A DNA stretch of 63,605 nucleotides, the filler included, from Hyphochytrium catenoides (Eukaryota; Protista; Hyphochytriomycota), in the NCBI GenBank assembly GCA_900088475.1. It is 7 parts of 7 records of this genome, joined end to end, with 100 filler letters (N's around TTAATTAATTAA, not from the genome) between each part and the next. Parts side by side here need not be neighbours in the genome. Positions count along the whole stretch, not along the records: positions 1 to 21,099 come from FLMG01002799.1; 6 more parts are not named here. One strand, 5' to 3'. How positions within the stretch are numbered: the first letter of the stretch is position 1; every line of letters begins with the position of its first letter. Position numbers and translations under genes: made by a program. Below, piece by piece: positions 1 to 12,439 of this stretch. Under the pieces are notes generated by a model, which saw only the letters and a list, made by a program, of their open reading frames with translations, was not told the origin of the DNA and searched no databases.

Positions 1-1027
1 GCGGACGAGTTCTCTCTTCTCGCGGGAGTCCTCCGCAATGGAAGAATCGTCGGTGGTTGAAGGCTTCTTCGGCATCTTCGGAGGTTCTATTTACTTCTTC
101 TTGTTGTCGAACGCATCCTCTAAGGTTTCTTCCAGCGGTCGAGAGGGCGATGGGATGGAGATTCCAGACTGTCCATTTGAAGATTCCAGACTGTTTATTT
201 GAAGATCGAAGATCTATTGACTTCCTTCCAAGAGCGCGCCAGTAGTGGATCCTCGTCTGCCCACTAACTATTACGTCCTGGGGGATGGCTGGCTAGTCAA
301 CCCCTCATCCCTTACACTCCTGTTGTAAGGGGAGCTGTCAAGTCCGAATACAACGCTAAAATCTCTATTTTACTGTATGCAAGACCTAGCTTTGTTGGGG
401 AGAGGTGGAGTGGGCACCTCGTGCTGCTGTTTTTAGGGTTATGGTATTCTGACACCAAACTACCGCTTAGTGTTGGGGAATAATAACGTCTCTTCCGAAA
501 CTACCGTACCAACGTTATTTTGGCAGAACACGGTACTGTACTGCATACAATCGTTCTGATCCTGAATCATGTATCCCTGTTTGTGATACCAAGAGCCAGT
601 TTAGGTTCAGAATAACATCAGTGAAGTCTAGGCTTTTACTAGAATCGGCCATCTCTGAATCTTGCAGTAGTAATATAACAAACATTATGGGCAGTAATCA
701 CAGATAAGCGTAGTAGCACCTTGCCCTCATCTTCGTGAGAGAGGTTGAGTGGCTCTGAGTCTTTTGTGCCTCAAGCAGCAAAACGACGGCTGGAGTCTAG
801 CTGCAACTGTCTAGGTTTATATACCCAGCACCCAATTTATTCTGCTGAGCAGTGACCCAGAAATAGACCCAAAAGTCTCAAATTGCTCTAATTCAGGGGG
901 ACTTTCGGCGGGCACAAACAAGCTATATACCTATGGAACGACTTTGAAATCGTTAGGGCATGGCCCAAGCTTGTTGGAAGAAAAGCCCAAGTGTTGACTG
1001 TGACTGTGAGGCACATGCTTCGGACAG

Positions 1028-1048
1028 CTTTGACCAACCATTTTCCCG

Positions 1049-1088
<40 letters not shown>

Positions 1089-1312
1089 GCTCTCTTTTTC
1101 TTTCTTTCGCCCTCTCTCTCTCTCTCTCCTTTCCGCTCTCTCTCTCTCTCTCCTTTCCGCTCTCTCTTCTCTCTGTCCGCTCTCTCTCTCTGTGTCGCTC
1201 TCTCTCTCTCTCTCTGCTGTTTCTCCTTCTCTGCGTTTTTGCTCGCTCTCACTCTCTCTCCTGAAGTTTCCTCTATTTGTTCTCTCTCTCCTCTCTCTCG
1301 CTTTCTCTCTTT
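1028..1312. repeat. (CT)n-rich microsatellite tract, representative of dozens (e.g. 5205-5285, 5579-5900, 6318-6372, 9355-9555, 10497-10560, 30160-30382, 43370-43455, 44855-45300, 54886-54945)
   Basis: Directly visible imperfect CT/GA dinucleotide arrays. Confidence 0.97.
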
Positions 1313-1824
1313 GACTTGTCTCTCCGATTGCTCGTACCCTTCTCTATATTGTATCTCTTTGATGGACCTGCTATCTCTCACGAATTCCGGCGATCATAGC
1401 TTTATTATTGTGGTTTGCCGCTCTGTCTCTCCCTGTCTCTCCCTCTGTCTGTCACGCAGAGGTATCTGGCTAATCTCTTGTCTGTCTTTTTCTTGGATCT
1501 TCCCACTCTGTCTAGCAAGGGGACACTCTGTCTCTCCCACCCATTCTTATTCCCTTCCTTATGGCTTGCCTGTGCCCACACAAGACGTCTCTTTCAGCCC
1601 ACGCCTACCTCTCGCCCCTCTTCACTCTCCACCACAAAGTTGGACCACCAAGAGCAGCGCTGGGCGAACCCAAGAAAACGACAGAACAGGAGACAAAAGA
1701 GAGAGAAAAAAAAGAGAGAAAGAGAGAGAAATCACTTTCTCCACGGCGACACTTCAGACAAGCTTCAGATCAGAGCTTCGCAACGGAGATTTTTAGAGAC
1801 TAAAACCAACAAACAGCAGCAACC

Positions 1825-2256
1825 ATGGCGGACGGAAAGTAAGTGGAGAATGACAGGTGAAAGAGTAGAGGAAAGAGAGCGAGAGAGAAAGGGATAAGAA
1901 GCATATGGGCCAGGATGGTCTCTCTCTCGCTCTTGTTGGCGGCTGAAAGATGGATATGTGTTGTCTCTTTCTTTGAGACGGTGTGATTGTTCTAGTTTTT
2001 CTTTGCCTTATCCTTGCCTTTCCGCGAGTCTTCTGTTCTTACTCTCTCTCTCCGTCTCTTCTTCTCTCTCTCTCTCTCTCGACCACCAGCGACGAGGGCA
2101 TCAAGGAGATCGCTGACAGCGAGATTGAGACCAACTGGGATGAGGTCGTCGACTCTTTCGACGCCATGGAACTTAGGGAAGACCTCCTTAGAGGTATCTT
2201 CGCCTATGGTTTCGAGAAGCCCTCGGCTATCCAGCAGGTAAATCTCTTTCTCTTGC

Positions 2257-2292
<36 letters not shown>

Positions 2293-4038
2293 TGCTCGTG
2301 GTGACATGCTTTCAAACTCTGTTCTCTTGATTTTTGTCTCTCTCTTCTTTGGCTTGGTCCTACCCTTAGATGTATCTGAGGCTTTTTTAGATATCGGTCT
2401 ATTAGATCTTGCTATCTTTGTCTCTCTTCTTGTCTCTTCACTCTGTCCGCTGCTTAAAGCAAAAGGTTCGCTCACTCATTTTCTCTCCCCTCCGGCGTGC
2501 TTTTCTCTCTCTCTCTCTCTCTCTTTCCCACTATAGCGCGCTGTGAAGCCCATCCTTCTCGGCCACGATGTGATCGCTCAGGCTCAGTCCGGAACTGGAA
2601 AGACCGCCACTTTCGCGGTCTCTGCTCTTCAGCAGATTGATGTTGGTCTGAGAGAGACTCAGGCGCTTATTCTTGCGCCCACCAGAGAACTTGCTCAGCA
2701 GATTGTGAAGGTTATCGTCGCTCTGGGTGACTTCATGAGCGTACAGGTAGGGCCTCTCTCCCTCTCTCTCTCTCTTTCTCCCTCCCATTAGGTGTTCAGG
2801 AGCTTGCTCCCTCTTGCATCTCCGCACGTTAAGACAATTCCCTTGGCGTCATCTTTTGCCCTAGAGCAAGCCTCTTCCTTCCTTTGCGTCTTCAGCTATA
2901 TTAATGGCGCTGGGTATACTGCATGTTCTCTCCGTTCTCAAGTGCTCTCTCTCTCTCTCTCTTCTATACTTTTTGAGCGGTGTTCCAAGCGCTNNNNNNN
3001 NNNNNNNNNNNNNNNNNNNNNNNNNNNNNNNNNNNNNNNNNNNNNNNNNNNNNNNNNNNNNNNNNNNNNNNNNNNGTCCACGACATGATCAACCGAAGGG
3101 CTTTAAGGCTCGACCACGTGAAGCTGTTCGTACTGGATGAGGCTGATGAGATGCTCTCCAGAGGGTTTAAAGACCAAATCTACAACGTCTTCAAGTTCCT
3201 CCCTGAGAAGGTGCAGGTGGCGCTGTTCTCAGCTACCATGCCGCTTGATGTCCTTGAGGTCACTCAGAGGTAAGTCTCTCTCTCTCTCTCTCTCTTTCCT
3301 CTCGACGGCGTCTCTCTCTCTCTCGCCTCTCTCTTCCTAATCTCTCCTTTGCCAACCTTTATTGACCTTCTTTGCGTTTTGTACCTCGATGTGAAAGAAG
3401 TGAACATCCATCTTTGTCTCTCTCGCGACTATCAATGTCTCTTTATGCTAAACGATTGACCTCTCTCTCTCTTGCCGTTCTTTTCGCGCCGTAGATTCAT
3501 GAGAGACCCCATCCGTATCCTCGTCAAGCGCGATGAGCTGACTCTGGAAGGTATCAAGCAGTTCTACATCGCTGTCGAGAAGGAAGAGTGGAAGCTGGAC
3601 ACGCTCTGCGATCTCTACGAGACGCTGACCATCACCCAGGCCATTATCTACTGCAACACACGCAGAAAGGTGGACTGGCTCACCACGCAGATGCAGAACA
3701 AGGACTTCACTGTCTCTGCCATGCACGGAGAGATGGACCAGAAGGAGAGAGACGTCATTATGAGAGAGTTCCGCTCAGGTTCCTCCCGCGTTCTCATCAC
3801 CACTGACCTTCTCGCTCGTGGTATCGACGTCCAGCAGGTCTCTCTGGTCATCAACTACGACCTGCCCACCAACAGAGAGAACTACATCCATAGAATCGGA
3901 CGCTCTGGGCGTTTTGGCCGTAAGGGAGTGGCGATCAACTTCCTCACTGCCGCTGACTCTCGGTACCTGCGCGACATTGAAGAGTTCTATAACACGCAGA
4001 TCGAGGAGATGCCGCTCGATGTCGCTGAGCTCATCTAA
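1825..4038 (+). CDS. eIF4A: Eukaryotic translation initiation factor 4A (DEAD-box helicase), spliced; part lies in the N gap at 2994-3075
   Basis: Exons 1825-1838, 2090-2237, 2537-2746, (gap) 3076-3269, 3495-4038 have GT-AG boundaries in consistent phase. Motifs: Q motif [50 protein letters not shown]; eIF4A-type C-terminus [12 protein letters not shown]. Confidence 0.97.
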
Positions 4039-5204
4039 GAAGAGGAACCATTCACAGGAAAGAGGGAGAAGAGGAGCCATGAGTAAGCAGAGAGAGAAAG
4101 AGAGAGAGAGAGGAAAAGAGAGAAGGGGGAAGAGACTTGATGAGACGAAAGCGTGGGGAAGAAGAGTGTGGAAAAGGAAAGGATTGGGAGAGAGGAGCAC
4201 GCCGTCTCTCGTTTCTCTTTCTCTCTCTCTCTCTGCGTTTTTCCTCCGTCTCTCTTGCTACTCTTTTTCGTCCCTTTGCTTTTATTGGAAGGGGCATCTT
4301 TATAGGTTCAGGCTTCTCCCTCTGGGCAGTAGATGATGAGACCAAACAGTGTCATTCCGTCGATTAATAATTAATGAGGAAAAACGAGACAGAAACATCA
4401 TGCTTCCCCGTTGAATGTCTCTCGCTTTCTCTCTGTCTCTTTTGGCTATTTGTGCTTCCTGCCTCTCGAGTTTGCTTTCTTTCCTCTTTCATTGTCTCTT
4501 ACCCCGTCCCCCTCTCTTCGTCTCCCATTTTCTTTCTCTCTCGCTTTCTTGGTCTCTGGTTTGCCTGTGCCCTGTTCTCTGACTCATCTTCCCTCGATTG
4601 CCAGTTGGGATTCAGGAGTCGTCAAGAGAGGAACTCTTCCTTCTTTCCCACCGCAGGTTCTTTGGTTCTGTGTTCTCTCTTGCTATGTGCTCTCACCCAC
4701 CATCTATCGCCTCTGCTCCGCCCTTCTTTCTCTCAGTCAGTTCAAGGGACACCCTTCTCCTCCTTTCTGGTGTCCCTGTCTCTCTCTGTCTCTCTCCCGG
4801 TCCCTTCAATCTTCTCCTTATCTGTCTCTCTCACTTGGCTAGCTAGCAGCGCAAGAGCTCGATTATCCTTTCAATCACTTTCCTGACGAGACGCCAGACT
4901 GAAGACGAAGAAGCTGGCATCAGAACCAACGGTAAGGCAGGCAGTCACGCTCCTCTGTGTGCCAGGCAGAGAATAGCCTGTGGTCGAGCCATGGCGGATC
5001 TACCTGTCTCCTGAAGATTGGGATCCCAGAGGACTGTACCAAGCCCACGCTGGATCGAGGCAGAAAAAAGCTTCATCTTTCTTTGACGGTAGGGCAACGC
5101 ACACGGAGTCTTTGTCTCTCTTCCCAGATCGAGGGACATACTGACCAGCAATCAAGGTGACCTTTGAAGTGGTCTACATGGAGCAATGGCGAGATATTGT
5201 CCTT

Positions 5205-5269
<65 letters not shown>

Positions 5270-5603
5270 CTCTCCTTTTCTCTCGCTTGCCGCTGCTATT
5301 GAAAGGAAAATCTGGGAATCGTGAAAAAGCTGGGTCGACAAACCGTAGAGTAGTAAGACAGAGTTAAATAGACCCAGGTCTCGATCTGGTTGACCCTTGA
5401 AATTTGGGTTAGACCCTATCGACACTATATAATACCTTCCGCTGAAACAATTGAATCACAGACACCGGTGATATGGTGTATTGAAAGATTCCAAGAGTAG
5501 ATATCCTTCGGAAGCAATCGATATGGAAATTTATTAACGTGGTCCGTTACATCTTTCTTGTGAGGCTTTGGGCCAGCTACTCTCTCTCTCTCTCACTCTT
5601 ACC

Positions 5604-5659
<56 letters not shown>

Positions 5660-5748
5660 TCTCTCTCTTGCTCTCTCTGTCTCTCGCTCTCTCTGTCTCT
5701 CGTTCTTTTGCTCTCTCTCTCTCTGTCTCTCTCTGTCTCTCTCCCCTC

Positions 5749-5782
<34 letters not shown>

Positions 5783-6315
5783 CCCTCGCTCTCTCTCTCT
5801 CTCTCTCTCTGTCTCTCGCTCTCTATGTCTCTCGCTCTTTCTCTCTCTCTCTCTCTCTCTCTAGCTCTCTCTCTCTCTCTCTCTTTCTCTCTCCTCTCTT
5901 CCTAGGTATGTGTGCAGCTCTCTCCTCTTCCTCACGCATTCCTGGGCCAAGCTGCCCAAGTAACTCCCCCCTATGTTGTCGACATTGCCAGCGAAGAAAG
6001 CGTTGAAGAGCCTCTCCTCTGTGTATAAAGCATGCATTCTCCTCTTCCGCGACGTGGAAGCGCTCGTCTCTCTCTCTTTTATCATCTTTTCCTTCTTCTC
6101 TTCCTTGTCACTCTCTACGGCCAAGGACAATCGTCTTACCTCTTTGCGCTCGTGTTCAATTCTCCTGGCCTCTCTCTCTAGCCTTGTTGACCCGCATCCT
6201 CTCCGCTCCTCCACCGCTGTTTCTCTTCTCTTGTCTCCTTTATATGTAGTTGTTCAGATCTCTCTCTCCATCTCCCTCTCCCTGTCTGGATGTCTTATAG
6301 ACAACGACATTGCCC

Positions 6316-6374
<59 letters not shown>

Positions 6375-6559
6375 AGCTAGCTGGGCAACACCGCGCCATT
6401 CCCTCTCTCTTTCCTATCATGCTCGTTTCCTCTTTCATGGGCCTCTACAGTTCCTCTCTTACGTCAGCTCCCATCATCGTCTCCTTATCCTCCTCCTCCA
6501 TCTGGATCGCCCCTTATTGGAATGGGAAGCCCTTCTGCGGCGGCAGCCTTCTCTTTCTC

Positions 6560-6607
<48 letters not shown>

Positions 6608-6908
6608 CTCGGGGCTAGTATGCTTCGCTCCCTTCGGCTCTTGCAGCTTAACGTCTCACCGTTAGAGCTCTGATGCCAGTCAATAAAAATCTCAGAGAGA
6701 CTCATTCTTCTTCTTCATCAATTCTACTTTGCTGGGGCGGGTTAAGAGAGAGATAAAGAGTCCAAGAAGAGACTTTTCTCTCGGTGTCTCTCCGCTCTTC
6801 TCCTTTTCCTCCCTGATCAAAAGCCTTGCTTTGCTTTGGCTTGAGTTCAAAAAGAAAGTAGAAAAGGAAAGAGAGGAATAGAGAGAGAAAGAGAGAGAAA
6901 AGAAGAGA

Positions 6909-9447
6909 ATGGATCTCGAGATTGGGACACTTCCCACAGCCCACAGCAGGGAAGAGGGAGAGGAAGTGCCGAGCACAGGGAGAGAGAGACATGTCGCAGC
7001 GCCCACCATTGATCTCTCTTCTCCGCCAGATGTTTCATCCCCTGAGTCTCTTCTCTCTCTCCTGGGAGGATGGGAAAACTTTGAGTTCTCTCTCTCTAAA
7101 CTGCGCAAGGATCTAGGTCTTCCTGACCCTTTGAAGGTAGAGATTAGACTAAAGAATGTGACACTCACGGCACCAGGAGAGACAGCGAGAGAAGAAGAGA
7201 GAGGAGCAGGACCTTCCTCTCCCTCTTCTTCTCTCTCTCCTTCTCCCTCTGCTCCTCCTCCTATCCCTACGGTCGGCAGCGTTTTATGCAAGATAGCCAC
7301 CTGCTGTATCCCAAGGAAGAAGAAACAGCAAGAGGCAGCTGTGGGAGAGAGAAAGAGAGAGAGAGAGAAAGTCTTTCTTCTTCGCAATGTGACGACTGTC
7401 TTCCGCCCGGGACGCCTAACATTAGTGCTGGGCAGACCTGGATGTGGGAAGAGCTCTCTTCTTAATGTCATCGCAGGGAAGCAGGGTCTCTATAGATCTT
7501 TGGGAGTGGAGGAAGAGGGAGACGGCGTCTGGTACAACGGGAGAGAGAGACGAGAGATAGAAGCCTCTCTCCCTCGTCTCGTTGGCCACGTCGGGCAGGA
7601 AGACTTCCACTGTCCCACTCTTTCTGTGCTAGAGACCTTCCAGTTCGCCCATAAAATGCTAGGAGGAGGAAAAGGAGGAGGAGCCAGCAGAGAAAGAGAG
7701 ACGAGACAGAAAAGAGAGGGGTCTCTCTCTCCTCTCCAAGCTCAACATGCACAGCAAATCCTTCAAGCAGCTGAGCACTTCAGGCCGGAAATCATGCTGA
7801 AGATCTTAGGCTTAGAGGGATGTAAGGACACCAGAGTTGGAGACGCCACGTATAGAGGAGTTAGCGGGGGAGAGAAGAAGAGAGTCACTCTAGGAGAAAT
7901 GCTCTTTAGCTGTCCGTCTCTTCTCTCTCTGGATGAGATCTCTACGGGTTTGGATAGCGCTGCGACCTTTGACATTTGCCGATATCTAAAGACTCTCGCG
8001 TCTGCAAAATCTCTGAATATCGTTGTGGCGCTTCTGCAGCCTCCTCCTGAAGTTTATCGGATTTTTGACGATATCTTGGTGCTGGAAGGAGGAAGAGTTG
8101 TCTACCACGGAGAGAGAGAAGAAGCGATTCAATACTTTGAGTCTGCAGGCTATCATTGCCCAGAAGACAAGGATCCCGCAGACTTTATCGTGGAGGTCTT
8201 CTCTCCGGGAGCAAGAGAGCAGTTTGCCAGTCTCTCTTCTCCTTCTTTCTCGCCACCAGCCTCAGGTACTGGAGCAGAGGATGGTAGCACTGGGACACCC
8301 ACGTCTTCTTCTCCTTCTTCACCACCAGCCACAGCGAAGGAGTTCTATGACTTCTTCATCAGCTCACGTTGCTACAAAGCTATTGAATCTGCGGTTAATG
8401 CGCCTTGGCCTCCATCTGTAATATCTGGAGCTTCATCTGCAGATCACATGAAGATTCAGATTTCGTCGGATTTTTCAGATTTATCGGGTTTCGCCACATC
8501 GTATGCCGATAACTTGCGCTTCGTGGCAGAGCGTCAGCTTAAGCTTAACCTGAGGAATCGCGTCTATTTGACCTCCAGGATCTTTACTTGCTGCTTTGCT
8601 GCTACATTGTATGGGACAGCGTTCAAAGACGCCGATCCGATGATCCCGCAAGTGATGATGGGCTGTCTCTTCTCCTGCCTGATGTTTATCTCTATGGGAC
8701 AAGCTCCAAATATCTCTTCTTTCTTGGATCTCCGGCGTATCTACTATAAGCAGAGAGCTTCAAACTTCACCCGGGCGTCTGCGTATGTCATTGCGTTCAA
8801 CGTCTGCAATATTCTCAATGCGCTCGTCGAAGCTGTTTTCTTCGGGACAATCGTCTACTGGCTAGTTGGATTTATAGGAGAGATAGACCGCTTTCTCTAC
8901 TTTATCTCCATGCTGGTGGTGATGAACATGGTCTTCTCTTCTTATTTCTTCCTCTTGAGCTCTGCGATGCCTAACATCAACGTTATGCAGCCGGTAGCGT
9001 TCATGAGCATTCTCTTCTTTGTCCTCTTCTCAGGGTTCACGATTCTGAAGGATCTCATACCGAAGTACTGCCTCTGGATCTACTATATCTCGTGAGTGAT
9101 GCCGGAGGCTGTGAGAGAGAGAGAGGCACAGAACCAGAGAGAGAGAGAGAGAAAAAAGAAGTCATTGAAGGAAAGAAACACGAATAGAGAGAGAGACAGA
9201 CGGAGAGGGCAAAATAGAGAGAGAGACTGAGCATCAAGCAGAGGAGAGAGAGGTAGATGGGGTAGTGAATCGAGAAGTGTATCAGGAGTGGAAGAGGGAC
9301 AGGGTCTGCCTATAAGGGAGCTCACCGCCTCTCCGATTCCTCTTTCCATCTTCCCTCTTGCTCTCTCTCTCCCATTCTCTCTCCCTTCCTCTCTCTCTCT
9401 TCTCCCCCTTCTTTTTCCCTCTTTCTTTCTCTCTTTCTTTCTCTCTC

Positions 9448-9486
<39 letters not shown>

Positions 9487-10496
9487 TCTCTCTCTCTCTC
9501 TCTCCCTTTCTCTCTCTCTCTCTCTCTCTCTCTCCTCCCCCTTTCTCTCCTTTCTCCAGGCCTATCCAGTGGGCTATTCGCTCCTTAGTGCTGAATCAGT
9601 ACAAGGCCAATACCTTCCAAGTCTGTCAATACCAGGGGAAACCCTTCTGCTCTCTTCCTACTAAGAATTACACAGTGGGAGACTTTCTTCTCGATCGTAT
9701 GCAGATCCCTAAGGAAGAGTACTGGCTCTCTCTCTCTTTCCTCTTTCTCGCTCTTGAGTGGCTTCTCTTCATGTTCCTGGCGGCTCGAAGCTTGGAGAGG
9801 AAGAGATACTATGGCCCACCAACCATTAGACCTTCTCTTTCTCTCTCTTCTCTCTCTCCTGCCTCTCCGGTAGGGAAGAGAGGAAGTGCTCCTATTTCTC
9901 CCTCTCAACAGGAGCTCAAGGCTGCTGCGCGGGCCAACTTCATCCCTGTGACCTTAGCGTTTCATGACCTCAGTTACTCAGTGGAGGTGCCTGTAGGAGA
10001 AGGAGGAGAGAAAGGAAGAGAGAAAGGAAGAGAAAGAGAGAAAAAGCGAGGAGGTAAGAAGAAGGTGGAGCTCCTGAAGAAAGTCTCTGGGTATGCCAGA
10101 CCTGGGACAATGACAGCGCTGATGGGCTCCAGTGGCGCAGGTAGGGAGACTGGAGAGAGAGAGAGAGACAATCTACTGCGGTGGCTGATGGTCTCCTCTC
10201 TAATTTCCTACTCTTTATTACCTCTCATCGCGCTCTCTCTCCTTTCCCCTCTTTTCATCGCCTTTTTCCCGCCCCTCTCTGGCTCTTCTCCTCCCCTCAA
10301 CCCAGCAGGAAACTTTTTCTCTTTCTCTTTCTCTCACTGACATTCTTTCTCTCTCTCTTCTTTCTCCAACGCCTCCTCTCTCCCTCCTCCCTCTCCTTCT
10401 TCCATGCCACCTTCACCTTGTCTCTTCCCTTTTTCCTTCTCTCCTTCTCTCCCTCTCTTCTCAACTCCTCATCCCCCTGCCGTCCTCTCGCCGAAC

Positions 10497-10564
<68 letters not shown>

Positions 10565-11025
10565 GCCAAACAGGAAAGACAACGTTGATGGACGTGATAG
10601 CCGGTAGAAAGACAGGCGGTCAGATCACCGGGAAGATTCTCCTAAACGGATTGAGGGCGAGTCCGCTGGCGCTCCGGCGTCTGACGGGATATTGTGAGCA
10701 GCAGGACATCCACTGTGAGACCGCCACTGTGCAGGAAGCCATACATTTTAGTGCGCTGCTGCGACATTCTTCCTCTCTCTCTTCCCCGTCTTCCGCTCCA
10801 TCTTCGTCTCCTGTTTCGCCTTCTCTTTCTCTCTCTTCCGGAGCTGGGACGATGAAGAGTAAGCCCAGTAGCTGGGAAGAGAAAAGAAAGAGCATCGAGG
10901 ATGCGGTAGAGCTGCTAGAGTTAGAGAAAGACCTTCCTCTTGTTCTCTCGTCTCTCTCTCTCGAACAGAGAAAGAGACTGACGATAGCNNNNNNNNNNNN
11001 NNNNNNNNNNNNNNNNNNNNNNNNN

Positions 11026-11067
<42 letters not shown>

Positions 11068-12397
11068 CTTCCTTTGTTAATCATTCCATTCTCTCTTTCC
11101 TCCTCTTCTCAAGTTTGGTATCTCTCTCTCTCGCTGGTTCTCCTCGCACTTCCTTTTTTGCATACTCTATCCCCACGGATCGCGGGCTCCTTCGCTATCT
11201 CTATCTCTCTTTTGGCTTCTCTAGCGATTTCTCTCTCTCTTTTTGCCTCTTATTCTATCTCCTTTTTTTTCTCCCATGTTTCCTCTTTCTAGAACTCTAG
11301 TCTCATCTTGACTGCAGTCTATTGATAACGTGTGTCTCTCTCTCTTTCTTTCTCTCTCTCTCTCTCTGTCTCTCTCTGTCTCTCTCTCTCTCTCTCTGTG
11401 TCTCTCTCTCTCTTCCCTCCGACTCTTCCAGGTCATGCGTGGAGTGAAGAAGACAGCGCTGACGGGACGAACCGTGATCTGCACCATTCACCAGCCTTCC
11501 GCTGACGTTTTCTTTCTCTTTGACTCTCTCCTTCTTCTCCGGAAAGGAGGAGAGACAGTCTTTTTCGGAGAGATTGGCCCGAGGGCAGAGAAGTTGGTCG
11601 CTTACTTTAGAAAGATTCCAGGAGTGAAGAGAATGGCCGAGGGCAGAAACCCAGCGAGCTATATGCTGGAGGTAAGAACAACGAGTCCGAAGGGAGAGAG
11701 AGAAAGAAAGAGAGAGAGAGAGACGGGGAAGAGAGAGTCAAGGCTCGCCATAGACAAATCGACAAGACAGAAAGAGAGATTATTGTTATACGAAGCTCTG
11801 TCATTCATCTTCTTATTTTGGCTTCCTCTCTTCTCTAACTCATCTGTTTCTTTCTCCCCTTTTCTCCTTTCTCTCTTTCCTCCTATCTCGTGACCCAACC
11901 CTCTCTCTCTCTCTCTCTCTCGCTCTCTCTCGCTCTCTCTCTCTTTCTTCTTCTTCTTCTCTCTCTCTCTCTCTTTCTTCTCTTCTTCTTCTCTCTCTCT
12001 TTCTTCTTCTTCTTCTTCTCTCTCTCTCTCTCTCTCTCTTTCCTCTCTCCCCCTCTCTTTCTGTCTCCATCTTCTCCCTCTTATAAACCATCGCAACGTC
12101 TTCGACAGGTCATCGGTGCCGGGACCAACAACAAGGTCCAGCTGGACTTTGCGCTAGAATGGGAAAAGAGTCTGGAGAGAGCTTCTCTCTCTTCTTCAAT
12201 GGCTTCTGAAGGCATTGGCAAGCCGTCTGCGAGCTCAACTTCCATAGAATTTGGTTCAAATCGAGCTTCATCTGCAGCTCTGCAGCTTTCTGCGCTCTTC
12301 CATCGGTCGATGCTTCACAACTGGCGGAGCCCTTCATATAATCTGACCCGCATTATAATCTTCCTCATCCTCGGTACGTAGGCAGGACACTTTTACA

Positions 12398-12439
<42 letters not shown>

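Noticed and set aside
1-600. Possible retroelement start: minus-strand frame MPKKPSTTDD... open to the window edge, a TGGTATCAC resembling a primer-binding site near 590, and a 22-bp tandem duplication at 159-202
   Set aside because: The PBS match is partial, and no LTR pair or gag/pol motif is visible.
953-1897. Long ORFs rich in SLSL or ERER, here and throughout (e.g. 5539-6006, 13322-14245, 29718-30528, 45054-45627)
   Set aside because: Translations of stop-free (CT)n/(GA)n microsatellite in introns and intergenic DNA.
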